Below, piece after piece: positions 40,901 to 51,434 of a DNA stretch of 64,000 nucleotides. Position numbers and translations under genes: made by a program. The stretch covers positions 7,489,677-7,553,676 of the forward strand of contig CM082592.2 of assembly GCA_040954595.2 (NCBI GenBank). Reading direction: 5' to 3'. Under the pieces are notes generated by a model, which saw nothing but the letters and a program-made list of their open reading frames with translations, ran no database searches and had not been told where the DNA came from. Position 1 is the first letter of the stretch. Every line of letters starts with the position of its first letter. The DNA is from Balanoglossus misakiensis (taxonomy: Eukaryota > Animalia > Hemichordata).

Positions 40901-43900
40901 GGCAGAGGGTGGTCGTGGTGAGGGAGTTTCATCACCCAACAGTGTGAAGGGAAAAGAGAGCGTACGCCAAGAAACGGGCGTGTCGGAGACGCGGATCACC
41001 AAGCTAATGACCCTGGAGGAACACGCTCAGACCGTTCTTGCGAACGCCATGAAGTTCAACGAATCAATGAGCAGGACGGAAGAAAAGGAAAAATTACCCG
41101 TGTATGATTACAATGATAATAAAACCAAAACGATGAAGGATTCAAGTCAACCCGGAGTGGGTGAAGGTTTGGATATGCCGACTTTGATAATGCAGAGGCC
41201 AGGCGGAAATGAGGAGGAAGACAAGGCAGACGGATTAGCTGGGGACGTGCAACTTCTTGTGTCCATACCTTTAGACACGATCAAAACCAGCAGTGGACTG
41301 ACCCCGACCGATCTCCAGTGCGTGGAGACGTCCCCTGCGGCAAACATGGAATCAACCGAGGCAGGAGTTGTAGAAGAGAACGAAATGCAAGTCGAGCAGG
41401 ACAAAGCTGTGGAAGGACTCTTGGAATCGGAGAACTGCGATGCTGTGGACGGCCGCAGTTTAGTGATTGACACTACCATGCATCCAACCGTCTGCGACAG
41501 TCTGCCCACCAAGGAGCAGAGCTCCGGTGCAGAGTACAACGGGCTTGGCGGTGGCCCGTCTGATAACAGCCAGAGTGCAGATTGTGGACGTGATTTCTGC
41601 CGTAGTGACGAAAATGAGACTGAAACACGTATTTCTACAAACAGCAAAGAAAGTACTGCTTGCAGCGAAGACAGTAATAACAGAGAAAATGATGACGGCA
41701 GAGGTGGACAGTGTAATCAATCAGAGAGCATCGCAGAGACGACTTCTATCCATCGAAGTGTTAATCATAGTCTTGAAAGTGATAATGTTCCAGAAATTAT
41801 GCCATCACTTGATCTGTCTGGTTCAGAAAATGCAGACATGGGTGGATATGCCTCCCCTAGGGAATGTAGCGCACTGGAACACACTGTACAGAATAGCAAC
41901 AAGGCACCGGACACAAACATCGGCACCAAGCAACCGCAGAGTCCACAGTCTTTGCCCGGGACAGTTTCAACGTCTCCGCGTACCGATGGCTATCGCACTT
42001 CGCCTCCAGAAACTGCGACGGCAGAACCGGCTGTGACCTCATCGCAAGAGACGAATCCTGTGTCAATCACCGTGGAATCCGCCTCTACGCCGCCGTCGTC
42101 GCGAAAAGATTCTCTCCTGCCTGGCAGGAAGGCCGCGCCGGGAAATGCGGCAGTCGCGCCCGTCAGGAAGATGACGCCCATTCTGCCGAAGCCCCCGGGC
42201 AATGCGACGACGTCGCCGCCGGTTATACTGCAGTGCACTGTGGTCCAAATGCCGGTTTCGGTCAGCAGCGCCAACCGAGTCCCGGTCGGTCCTTCGATGC
42301 CAGTGATAGCGACGTCACAACCTGTGGTCACCTCTCTGCCGCCGTACAACAGCTATACACTGCCGTCTCGAGCAGAGTCGGAAAACAGCCGCCCGTCAAC
42401 GTCTATTCACAGAGCTCCCACCCCGTCTCTGTTAAGAACAGAAGGTGAGAAGAATGGCGTGCATGAGCAAAGTCAAGCGGTGTGTACGAGATCCTCTGGG
42501 GAATATCAACCCAAGAGCTACAAAAATCTCATGGCAAAGCGTTGGCACCTACGGAACAAGGACTCTGAGAAAAACAAGCCAAAAAACGGCAGTACTAACA
42601 ACATTCGGTCAAACCTGTCACAAGACAAAACAAGTACACAGACCACAGACGAAGGTAAGGTAACTAGGGAATCAAGTGTGGAGTTGTGCAATACTACCCA
42701 ATCAGAACGGGCGACTCATACTGATATTAACCAATCAGAAGGGGCGACTCATACAGATATTAACCAATCAGAAGTGGCTACTCATACGAATCAGTGGGGA
42801 GGTATCGACAAGAAGAGAGCTAGGATATCTTCAAATGAACAGAGTCCCCCTGTTGATAAAACTTTACATCAAGGGAAAACGAGTCGCTTTTCTTGGTCTG
42901 CAAGCCAACAGAGAACTAGGGAAGAAAAGTCGAACACTGTAGAAAGTAATCAAGATAACAGAAAATCTGCAAGGCCTTCCAGATTCGAAGACAACAAATC
43001 TGACCATGGCAAGCCACAGGACGCAACGTCGGCAGACGATGAAAAAGAGAAACAGAAACAAAGATCCAAAGAGGACAGGCGCTTGGCCAACATCATCAGC
43101 AACCTCACGCAAGACTTGCACGAGACGCACGGATCCGAGCTGACAGAGCTTCTCGACGAAGCCCCCGCCGACTCTGAAAGCAAGCCTCGAAGTTCTGCAG
43201 ACCGAAGCAGCGGCAATGCGCCGGACGACGACACGAGGGGTGCTGCAGCTGGCGAGTCTAAACTCCCTCCGAGGAAGAAGAGGTCGGCAGCGAAGAAGGA
43301 GGAGGCGGAAAAAGCACAGAAGCCGGAAGACCAACAGGAAGAGGTTTCCCAGGACTCCTCCAACGACAGTGTGAGCACTGGGAGTGAACCGAACGCAGAG
43401 CAAGGAAGAAAGCGCACCAGGATTTTGAGAAGGAAACGGAAAGGTGGGTTTCTGTAATTGCTTCATCACTCGAACAAGCCCTAAGTTCCAGTGTTTGAGT
43501 TCTAATTCCTATTCTACATGTATCTGTCATACTTTGCAACATACTAAAATTTTATTTTTTTCTGCAACAATTTAATTGCTATTAAAGGTATACGGTCCCC
43601 TATGGAAAATTAGCTATAGTTACTATGGCAAAGTGAGATCTAACCAACCACAGATTTTCAGTAGGTGGCACGCTCAAAACGCCATTTCAGCCATATATGG
43701 GTGTATGTAAATTGGAGGTGACTGTATACCTTTAAATCTAGAGAATCTGATATTTTTGACATCTTTACAGCAGCACGGAGGCCTTGGTGACAGTGATTAT
43801 ACAATCAGTTCAAAGCCATACCTACTGGTAGTTTGACCTTGGCCGTTGTTTTTAGAATCATCATGAATCCCCAACTATGCACATGGCATAAAATAATGGA

Positions 43901-46900
43901 TGCATGTAATGACACAACGGAAACATTGTTGCCGTAGTCAGTAGAAAACATCCCGCATACTGGTCTTCAGTATCCACGTGGGGCCTCTCATGAATGTATA
44001 ATTATAGCAAGTGAATCCTTGCAGTGCAGAGGCCAGCCTCTGTTGTTTTCCAACTTGCCGGTAGTTTCGTGCACGTCCTACTCCATAGTTAAATGTAATT
44101 GAAACTCAAAAATGAATCAAAACAAAATTACCTTGTACCAAACCTCTGTCAATTAATACTCATATAACGATCATATTTCTCATCCCATTATGAAAGACAG
44201 ACCTGGCAATGAGATCTGCAGCAATACCTGGGTATTTTACTATTTAGGGTTCTCGGGTCGTTTAGTTTCGTATATGATCGAACATGATACAAAAATCCTT
44301 CCAGGGGAGAAAAATCGTACTGTGCAATTTGAGATTGTAAGTTATGAGTGCAGTGTCGGTTCTCTCAGTCCGAATTTGATCCAGACAGTCTGATCTGAAA
44401 CCTAAAATTAGACCAGCCTTGATGAACCTTGGTTGTTTTGTGGTTGAAATTGAAATTTGCGACAGAAGATGGTCGGCCATGGTGGGCCAGAGGACAGAGA
44501 GACCCTGACCTACCTACACATTTGTGAATTGTCAGAAGTCATGAACTCCTTGAAGAAATTAAATTGGCGAGGGAAATGTTTTCCTGTAGAATAAACGCTT
44601 ATTTGGTGGCTGTTTTTAATTGCAATTGCTTGTAAATTTGAGTTGTTTGACACGGGTCTGTCTGCTAAAATGTGTGTGATTGCCCGCCAGCTTGTTTTGT
44701 CTTGATATGTAAAGCACCATGCAGTCTCCTTGTTTTTTTGGGTAAGTGTTTTATTCTGCCATGGTTAACCATGAACAGATTTACCAGTATTTTGTCAATC
44801 ACTCAAACATATGTCTTGTGTAATTTCAATAAAGGAATATCAAGAATTCGGATGGAACTTTTGTGGGCGTAATTCATATTTTTTATTTGTGCAATGGTTG
44901 TAGTGCTTTTTGACCTTTGGTGAAAATGAATCCGGCTTTTGGTTATAAGAGTCAGTGCCCTCCTTTAAGATGTCTTGGTAATCGACGAGATAACAAGGTA
45001 TAAAATTGTCCCGCCTGTTATTATAGAAAAGCTCCAAGAGAGTTTTGATGCCCTGTTAGATGATATTATATTGTAAGATGATCTGTGATTGCCAAAAATT
45101 AATTTCTCAGTAAATCCAAGATAGACATACTTAAGAAAATGGGACCAGTACTCAAGAGAACACATGACAGGTGCCATTACTTACACGTGTGTTGGTAATT
45201 TCATTCCTCCAATTTATCCTGTTCGTCCAGTGGGGGACTTGGTCATTGGCAATGATTTTTTTCTGGGCATCTTTCCCATTCCTATGTTGTGCTAAAATGC
45301 CAAGTTTTTTACCATCAACATAGCCCATGTGGATGACAATTGTATTGTTGACAGATGAATTCCAGATGCACTTGCAATCTGATGAAACCACATATTTGCT
45401 ACATTGGTAAACTCACTGATGGTCATGTCTTCAGACACAATGCACAGAATGTAATCTTTCACCTGTTGAAGGAATTCACATTCTTTTCTTAACACATGTA
45501 TACTGCCACTGGCGACGGATTCATTGGCTCAAAATGTTGTACTGTGTAGTTTTAGATAGTGACCTGCGCATGGCGATACAGGATTGATCTCGCTGATCAG
45601 AATATCTGGTTCTCTATTTGTAAGCAGCTGGCGACAACCCCACCGGCAAGGCCAACAAGAAACTCCGAACAGCCAGCATGGACCAGGAAGACAGCACGGC
45701 TGCCCGCCTGGCTCATGACCTGCCGCGCTACAATTGGCTGATGGCGAAACATCTCAGCGAGGACAACAAAGAGAAAGACAAGAAAATGGAGCCTTCGGCA
45801 AGAGCACAGGAAGACATCACGCAGGTCGAACCGGGGAGTTCGTCCTCAGACACTCCAAAACAACAGAATGTTGACGAATATGCATTATTGGATGGTGATG
45901 ATGGAGACAAAGGTAAGAATATAACAAAAAATAATGTTTTGATTTTCATTAGCGAGTGAGGCATACTGCAACTATTGTGTAGCTTTCTGGGTTAATTTGC
46001 GTAATTTGTGAATTCTGATATTTTGGCATATCTTGAGAAACTTAATTTGGAATAATGGATTTTTTGAATGAAATATGATAGTACTTTGATCCTTCAAAAT
46101 GTCTGACTAGCATATGGTAGGCAGATTAAAACCACTTTGCTGATAACTCATCATAACTGAAAGATAGAACAAACCTTGACAGGTGCACTGATTGGCAGGC
46201 AAATTATATATGCAGATTACAGGCTAACGAGACAAAGACTCACCAGATAATATTCGTCTATACATTTCATGTACAGATAATTATTTTTTATACATTTCAC
46301 GTACTTCAGTTGACACATACATGAGTGATGCAACTCCAGTGACAGAATCTCCAGAGGCACTCTCGGCTGAAGATTTAAGCGTCTGTGAAGTACCTTCTGT
46401 AGAGATTCAAGGTCGGCAATCAGAAAGCGAGCGTGATACAAATTCGCCACCGGAAGGCAGAGAAGCGCAACCGGCAAAGGACAGTCACGACGAGGGAGAT
46501 TTGGCGGTTCAAGGCTGTGAGCAGCCACTCGATCTCAGTTTACGATCGGCTACTCAGCCGTCTGAGTCGCCGTCCTCCGTGAAGGAGACGGCTCCACCTC
46601 GTGCCGAGTCGGCGGCGCAACTTGTTAGCGACGAGTGCAGGGGATCGCACCTGCTCAAGGAAATCTCGCCGTTTAAGCCGCCGGCCGTCCAGCCACTCGA
46701 CAACGCTCCACCGAGGCGCGAAGTCTCCCCGCCGCCGCCGCCGCCGCCGCCGGAGAACAGAGACGGTTTCAGAAACGCAGAGTCTCCTGCCGTCAGTTTG
46801 AAAGAGAAAGACCAACAAGTCATGTCTGCGAGGGACGAAGGCCGGGGCACCCTCACACCCAGACTGAGCTACAACAGCGAACAACACAGCAGAGATAACG

Positions 46901-49900
46901 CTGAGGTTCACCATGATAAAACTGTGTCAGGGCCGGTGCCACATTTGAAAGCAACAGGTAAATAGCGACATATTTTTTGTTAATTTCTCTCAGGTTATTA
47001 CATTATTCCTCTGCCTGCATACCAGATATATATACAATATATATTGCCAGAAGATTGCTTATTGCAGAAGGATAGCACAGGGTAGTGTGATTGTTTCTTT
47101 CATTATCGTATCGGTATCTTCTTGATACTTTCAGGCACCATGCAAGGAGGAACGCCAGTCTTGAAAGTCCACCCACAGAAGAAACAAACAGAACCAGAAA
47201 TAAGGCAGCCACCCGTTTCCGTGGAAACTGACAGCAAGACAGCTGAGATTCACATTATCGAGGACGATCCCATCCAGACGAAGAGTGAAAAGGAACGAGT
47301 CCCACCGTCTTCTGTTCTCAGCAAGGCTGATCTCGCGGTGAGACACGGTGATCAAAGACAACCTGTGAGGGCTATGATGTACCCAGTCGTTGATGACAAG
47401 AGCAAGCAGGCGCTCGTCTACCAATCTGTGCAGAGTAATTCACCGGCCGTTGTGACCCCGGTTCTTTCAGTTCAGGGCGTGCAGCCGACGCCTGAGTCGT
47501 ACATGAACTCGCCGCTGCTGTGCGGTCCCAAGACCTTCCGACCGACCCTGATCACCCACCACGTAGCACATCCAGCCGACGGCGGCGTGCCACGAATGAG
47601 CAGCTTGGGATCGGGGGAGCACAGTGCTTTCAAACCACCGGGCGACAGTAAACCCATGCAAGGGTACATGATGAAGACGGACAAGAGCTGCCCGTGCCAC
47701 GGCAGCTCCAAGGTGACTCCCCCGGGGGCTCTGACTCATTACGGGGGCGAAGCGGCACCTCCGCAGGGAAAGCAGCCGGTTGTAGGCGCGGCTCTGTATC
47801 ACGACGCCAGTGGCCAACCGCAGCTTCAGCAACACACTGCCTACGAACATCATCAACACGTGCAGGATGCGGCTCTCGGCAAGCAGCAGCTTCCGCCCAC
47901 CACAAACCAAGGCATTCCTCCAACCCACGCCGAATGGCTCGCGATTCACACCAGGCGACAGAAGGACGCCGCCAAGCGCAGTGAGGCTGCGAGTCAGGGC
48001 TCCCTGCAGAGCACATCAGCGAAGATGACTCCGCCGCACCCTGCAAAGCCAACTGGTGAGTCCATGCCCGATCTGAGAGGTGATTCACTTAAGAGACCTG
48101 CCAGTGACCAGCGGAAGGACTTGTCACTCTCTCCATCGAAGATGTGGCCAAATGCCGGGGTCCACTCCCCGGCCCCTGGCCACAAAATGACGCCTCCGGC
48201 CAACATCCACAAGGCGTCGTCCACCAACACCATGCCGAGCATGCCACTGTCTCATTATCTTGAAGGAGGCTCGGGAGACAATGGCGGCACGGCAGCTCAA
48301 GACGGACCCGCCACCAAGAAACGGATGAAGGACGCGCCCCAGGAGAGCATTTCTGTAGCAGCTCGCGCAGGCGACGTGCTGGCTTTCGAGCTTCAGAACC
48401 CCGGCCGCAAAATCAACAAAGTGAGAAACCAGAACAGTGAGGAGCCGTGGCCCAAGGAGAAGGTCTCCGAACTCGTCGAGATTCAGGCAAAGGAGTACAT
48501 GATCGAACAGGAGTTTCTCCACCACAAGAGAGAACTGGAAAGACTCGCGGCCATCGGCAGCCTCAAGGAGAAAGAGAGAGAGGACTTGATGCAGCAGCAG
48601 AAGGAGAAAGCTGAGCTGCTGAGGAAAATGCAGTATGCTCGCGAGAAGATTCGCCTGGACCGGGAGCTCTTGCAGAGTTTTGAGAGGCAGAGAATGCAGT
48701 GTAGTTCTGAGCAAGCTGCTAGAGTTGATGTCAGTAATGCTGGTGACCCAGTCGCCTTCTCTCAGCAGTATGGACACCTGCCCGTTGAGCAGCAGCAGCA
48801 GCAGACGAGGCTGATGCGAGATGCAGTCATGAAAACGCCCGAATTGGCCGGCATGGCTCCTGAAAAGAGTCCGTACGGACTCAAAATCACAGAGGCGGAA
48901 CGGAGGCAATTCGATGAACACTATAGCAACATGCAGAAGATGGCCAAGATGTCCGACGAGCAAAGTGCAATGCAACAGAAGCATTATCAGGAGATGACCT
49001 GCGGGAGAGGACTGCAAACGCTGCAGCACGTGCCTGTGGCCACAACTCAAGAGCAGTTTCTCATTCAGGGCAGACCGCCGCCGTACCACGTGGTTGCCCC
49101 GCAGGGAAAACCAATGCTGGCACCAACAGAACTCCAAGCAAGAAAAATGCCATCTTTGCAGACACCACCCAAAAAGTCTCCAAAGAGTCAAAGAAGTTTT
49201 GCAGGAGAGCCAGGCGGCCATGTTGTGCTCGGGGCCAGCCCCACGGCCCTCCGACAGGAAGCTGAACTCCACCAGCATCAGCTGCACCAACAGCGCTTGA
49301 AACACGAACAGCTGCAGCAACAGCAACACATGCAGCAATACCAACAGCTGCAACACCATAAACAACAGCATCACAATCTTCAGCAGCATCAGCAGCAGCA
49401 GCAACAACAACATCAACTCCAACAGCAGCAACTGGCCCGACAACAGCAACTGGCCAGGCAACAGCAGCATCTACCCCGGCAGCAGCCACACCCAGTCCTG
49501 CTGCAGCACGGAGGTGGGCAGCACATGGGTCGCCCCAGATCAGCCTTGTCGGAACTGCAGCCGGCGATCGTGCCGCACAGCGTCCCGCAGAGCATCCACC
49601 AACCCAACCAAGTGATGCAGCTGCAGTCGACGGCTGCACTGCAGCCGGCTGTGGTCAATCCGCATGCGCAGAGGTTTCTCAGTCCGGTGGCGTCCAGGGC
49701 CGGCATCCCGGGGCATTCGCCGATCCTGCACCAGGCATTCGCGACCCATTCCCCGACCTTCAAAGGGAACATCTCGCACCACCAACCCATGGTGTCCGCG
49801 GCCAGTGCTGCTGTCCACCAAGCGCAGATGGCTCACTATGCTCAGGCGCAAATGGAACACCGAGCGGCGGAGATTCACAGAGCCCAGGCCATGCAGCAGG

Positions 49901-51434
49901 CACAGAGGCCGGTCTTCCCTATTGGAACACCTACCGGTAACCATGCAGTCCATCCTACTCGCGCCATTTCTGCATCGGAAGGGCTAAAGCACAGCCACAT
50001 GTACCACCAGGAAGTCCCTCTACAGGTAATCCATCACTTTTGTACAATATTCTTGGTTAGGTCTCCACTTACCATGATAACTGTCGCTGACTTTACTTAT
50101 GCGTCCATATAGATTTTTCGATGCACGTTCTACTTCAAGTAACCCATATAATGTTCTTTTGTTGTTGTTTTTCAGATGAATCTGCATGCAAACCCTTCAT
50201 TGACACATGCTAATTCGCACGGGCAATTTGAGAAGAAAAGTGAACAAGGGGTGAGAATCTTTTTTTTTTCAATAACTCTTAAATGATGAGGCTCACACCT
50301 TAATTGCTTGGAGCACTGCGTTTTGTAGTCTTCAGCCACGTTGGCCTGTTCTTGTTTTTTCACGTTGACAATCTGGTTATTCGTTATTAATTTACCATTT
50401 GAAACGTTTCTGCAGGTTAACAAGATGATGAATGAGATCTATGGCATCTTCAAAGAGAAGGAACAGAAGATTTTGCAGTCGCGTAACGCTGCCAAACCTG
50501 TGAATTACATGGCACAAACGCCACGACCAGCCGAGAGCAACATCTACCATTCCCGACGGGCCAGCGAACCCAGCATGGCGGTCATTAAACAGCAGGTGCC
50601 GCAGCAGTGCCAGTATCCTGCCACGGCTGCAAGACACAACGGCGAGCCGGTGCACGCCGCCAGGCAACAGAATCCGAGAGCGCACGAGCGGAGGTGCAGC
50701 GTGCCTCAGCTGCAGAGCGACATCGTCCACGAGCACTCGCGCATGGCGCACTTGCTCGTCAAGCGAGACCACGAACGGCAGATTGTGGGCGCGCCCAGGC
50801 ATCACGGGTCCAGCCCGACGATGGGACGTCCAGTGAGCAACGAGGGCAGCAAAGCGTCTGCCGCCCCCGGGAAAGAAGCCCCTGCACTCCCCGGCACGGC
50901 CGATCTCCGCAGTGGCAGGAGCAGCTCAGCCTTGAGCTTGCCAGCGAGCGCAATGAGTCACAGTCAGTCCTCGCCACTGCTATCAGCCACTGGAGCGCAG
51001 CAAATGAGCCGAGCTAGTAGTAGAACCAGCGAGATCATTATCCTCGACGACGACGCGGCCGGCAGTGCCCCCAGACAACCCGACGAACCTGCACCTCAAG
51101 AGGTGATGGCAGAAATTGAAGACAACGACAGCCACGATTGTGTTCTATGCAACAAAGAGGCTTCCTTCTTGTGCTCTGGTTGCAAGAAAGCGTGGTACTG
51201 CAGCCCAAAATGCCAGGTGAGATCATTGTTTTATTTATTTCAAATGCCATGACGAACACAAAAAATGACAGTGACATCTTACCCCACAAATTAGTATGTA
51301 ACACTTCAAGTAAATGAACAATTTAAATGTTTTCAAAACAATGTTTCTCTTAACCTCTGTATTATTTTTTAAATACTGGTCTTCATTTATTTCAGATGAA
51401 AGCATGGGATAAACATAGCACAGAATGTACGTAG
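19420..51434 (+). CDS. Large Tudor-PHD-MYND chromatin protein (Polycomb-like N-terminus, MYND C-terminus), about 3217 aa, 10 coding exons
   Basis: Exons 19420-19603, 26031-26126, 38168-38334, 38976-43443, 45628-45912, 46310-46957, 47135-50025, 50176-50250, 50416-51216, 51396-51434. All introns are GT-AG with matching phases (1,1,0,1,1,1,0,0,0); total 9654 nt is a multiple of 3. The PHD and MYND fingers are each completed only across a splice junction. Confidence 0.88.
20608..20693 (+). mobile_element. piggyBac-like MITE (family A), diverged
   Basis: TTAACCCTCTCACC ... AAAGGGTTAA with shared internal TAGAAAACA and GATTTGGA. Confidence 0.65.
22300..22530 (-). mobile_element. Possible decayed Penelope-like GIY-YIG endonuclease fragment
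   Basis: Minus strand gives GLLRQYGILT, then INRIPHNC and LYIGGTG about 38 codons later, with stops and frameshifts. Spacing resembles the Penelope-like endonuclease as I recall it. Confidence 0.3.
23125..23226 (+). mobile_element. piggyBac-like MITE (family A), diverged
   Basis: Internal AGAGGTCCAAC ... ATTTGGATCAAACCAT; right end GGTGAAAGGGTTAA. Confidence 0.65.
26031..26126 (+). CDS. Exon 2: first half of PHD finger
   Basis: Pyrimidine tract plus TTGCAG acceptor; reads (V)[31 protein letters not shown](G); donor G|GTAAGT. Not called in this frame by the ORF track. Confidence 0.92.
26535..26690. repeat. (CA)n microsatellite
   Basis: Pure run 26600-26690 with a degenerate 5' flank. Confidence 0.97.
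28858..28999. repeat. (GAT)n microsatellite
   Basis: Directly visible; intronic. Confidence 0.95.
30087..30257. repeat. 76-bp tandem repeat, about 2.2 copies
   Basis: TAAGTTCCAGCTT recurs at 30092, 30168 and 30244; the unit ends in GAAAGGGTTAA. Confidence 0.92.
30430..30630. repeat. Degenerate GATCCAATATGGCC-containing repeat; related inverted copy at about 2520-2560
   Basis: Four variants of GATCCAATATGGCC; 2527-2552 GCCATATTGGATCGTATCGTGAAACA resembles the reverse complement of 30597-30623. Confidence 0.55.
31524..31616 (+). mobile_element. 85-bp piggyBac-like MITE (family A), intact
   Basis: TTAA-CCCTTTCACC ... GGTGAAAGGG-TTAA: terminal inverted repeats with TTAA target duplication. Confidence 0.8.
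32482..32574 (-). mobile_element. piggyBac-like MITE (family A), inverted copy
   Basis: Near-identical reverse complement of 31524-31616. Confidence 0.8.
33569..33660 (-). mobile_element. piggyBac-like MITE (family A), diverged
   Basis: TTAACCCATTCACCGCCATGGTTTG ... TGGACCTCTATA ... GTGAAAGAGTTA. Confidence 0.65.
38168..38334 (+). CDS. Exon 3: second half of PHD finger
   Basis: Poly-T plus TTGCAG acceptor; (G)[26 protein letters not shown] completes C4-H-C3 with the conserved W; donor CTA|GTAAGT. Confidence 0.92.
38976..43443 (+). CDS. Exon 4: 4468-nt exon encoding S/E/K/Q-rich disordered region with basic NLS-like clusters
   Basis: Coincides with the 1496-aa ORF 38967-43457; acceptor TTCAG|GAC, donor AAAG|GTGGGT; PPRKKR and RKRTRILRRKRK near the end. 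Confidence 0.88.
42698..42788 (+). repeat. 33-bp coding minisatellite (QSE-x-ATHTDIN), about 2.7 copies
   Basis: CCAATCAGAA..GGC.ACTCATAC repeated three times at 33-nt spacing inside exon 4. Confidence 0.9.
43582..43735 (+). mobile_element. 146-bp Kolobok-like MITE (family B)
   Basis: TTAA-AGGTATACGGTCCCCT ... AGGTGACTGTATACCT-TTAA; TIR matches at 14 of 16 positions; AG...CT termini and TTAA TSD. Confidence 0.75.
44840..45495 (-). pseudogene. Frameshifted protein-coding remnant in intron 4, possibly densovirus NS1-like
   Basis: Four overlapping minus-strand ORFs tile 650 nt. The joined reading contains IVSE-HDHQ*VYQCSKY..SDCKCIW and EYWSHFLKY. Confidence 0.3.
45628..45912 (+). CDS. Exon 5
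   Basis: Tandem acceptor AAGCAG| (NAGNAG); phase 1; open frame includes ORF 45678; donor AAAG|GTAAGA. Confidence 0.82.
46310..46957 (+). CDS. Exon 6 (contains PLDLS motif and poly-Pro)
   Basis: Acceptor TTCAG|, ORF 46321-46965, donor ACAG|GTAAAT. Confidence 0.85.
47135..50025 (+). CDS. Exon 7: 2891-nt exon, P/Q/H-rich with a coiled-coil-like E/K/R/Q segment and polyQ/H tract
   Basis: ORF 47122-50112; acceptor TTTCAG|, donor CAG|GTAATC. Confidence 0.88.
49270..49470 (+). repeat. Coding polyQ/H tract (CAG/CAA/CAT)
   Basis: HQHQLHQQ ... QQQQLARQQQLARQQQH in exon 7. Confidence 0.9.
50176..50250 (+). CDS. Exon 8: 75-nt symmetric (phase 0/0) exon, possibly a cassette exon
   Basis: Strong acceptor TTGTTTTTCAG|; reads MNLHANPSLTHANSHGQFEKKSEQG with no stop; donor GGG|GTGAGA. 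Confidence 0.7.
50416..51216 (+). CDS. Exon 9, ending in most of the MYND zinc finger
   Basis: CVLCNKEASFLCSGCKKAWYCSPKCQ; acceptor CTGCAG|, donor CAG|GTGAGA. Confidence 0.9.
51396..51434 (+). CDS. Exon 10: end of MYND finger and stop
   Basis: TTTCAG|ATG AAA GCA TGG GAT AAA CAT AGC ACA GAA TGT ACG TAG = MKAWDKHSTECT*, supplying the W-x2-H-x3-C of MYND. Confidence 0.92.
   Translation: MKAWDKHSTECT

Noticed and set aside
48124-49470. 448-aa Leu-rich minus-strand ORF and other antisense ORFs between 39000 and 51000
   Set aside because: Shadows of the GC-rich, CAG-rich sense exons; no independent domain or splice evidence.
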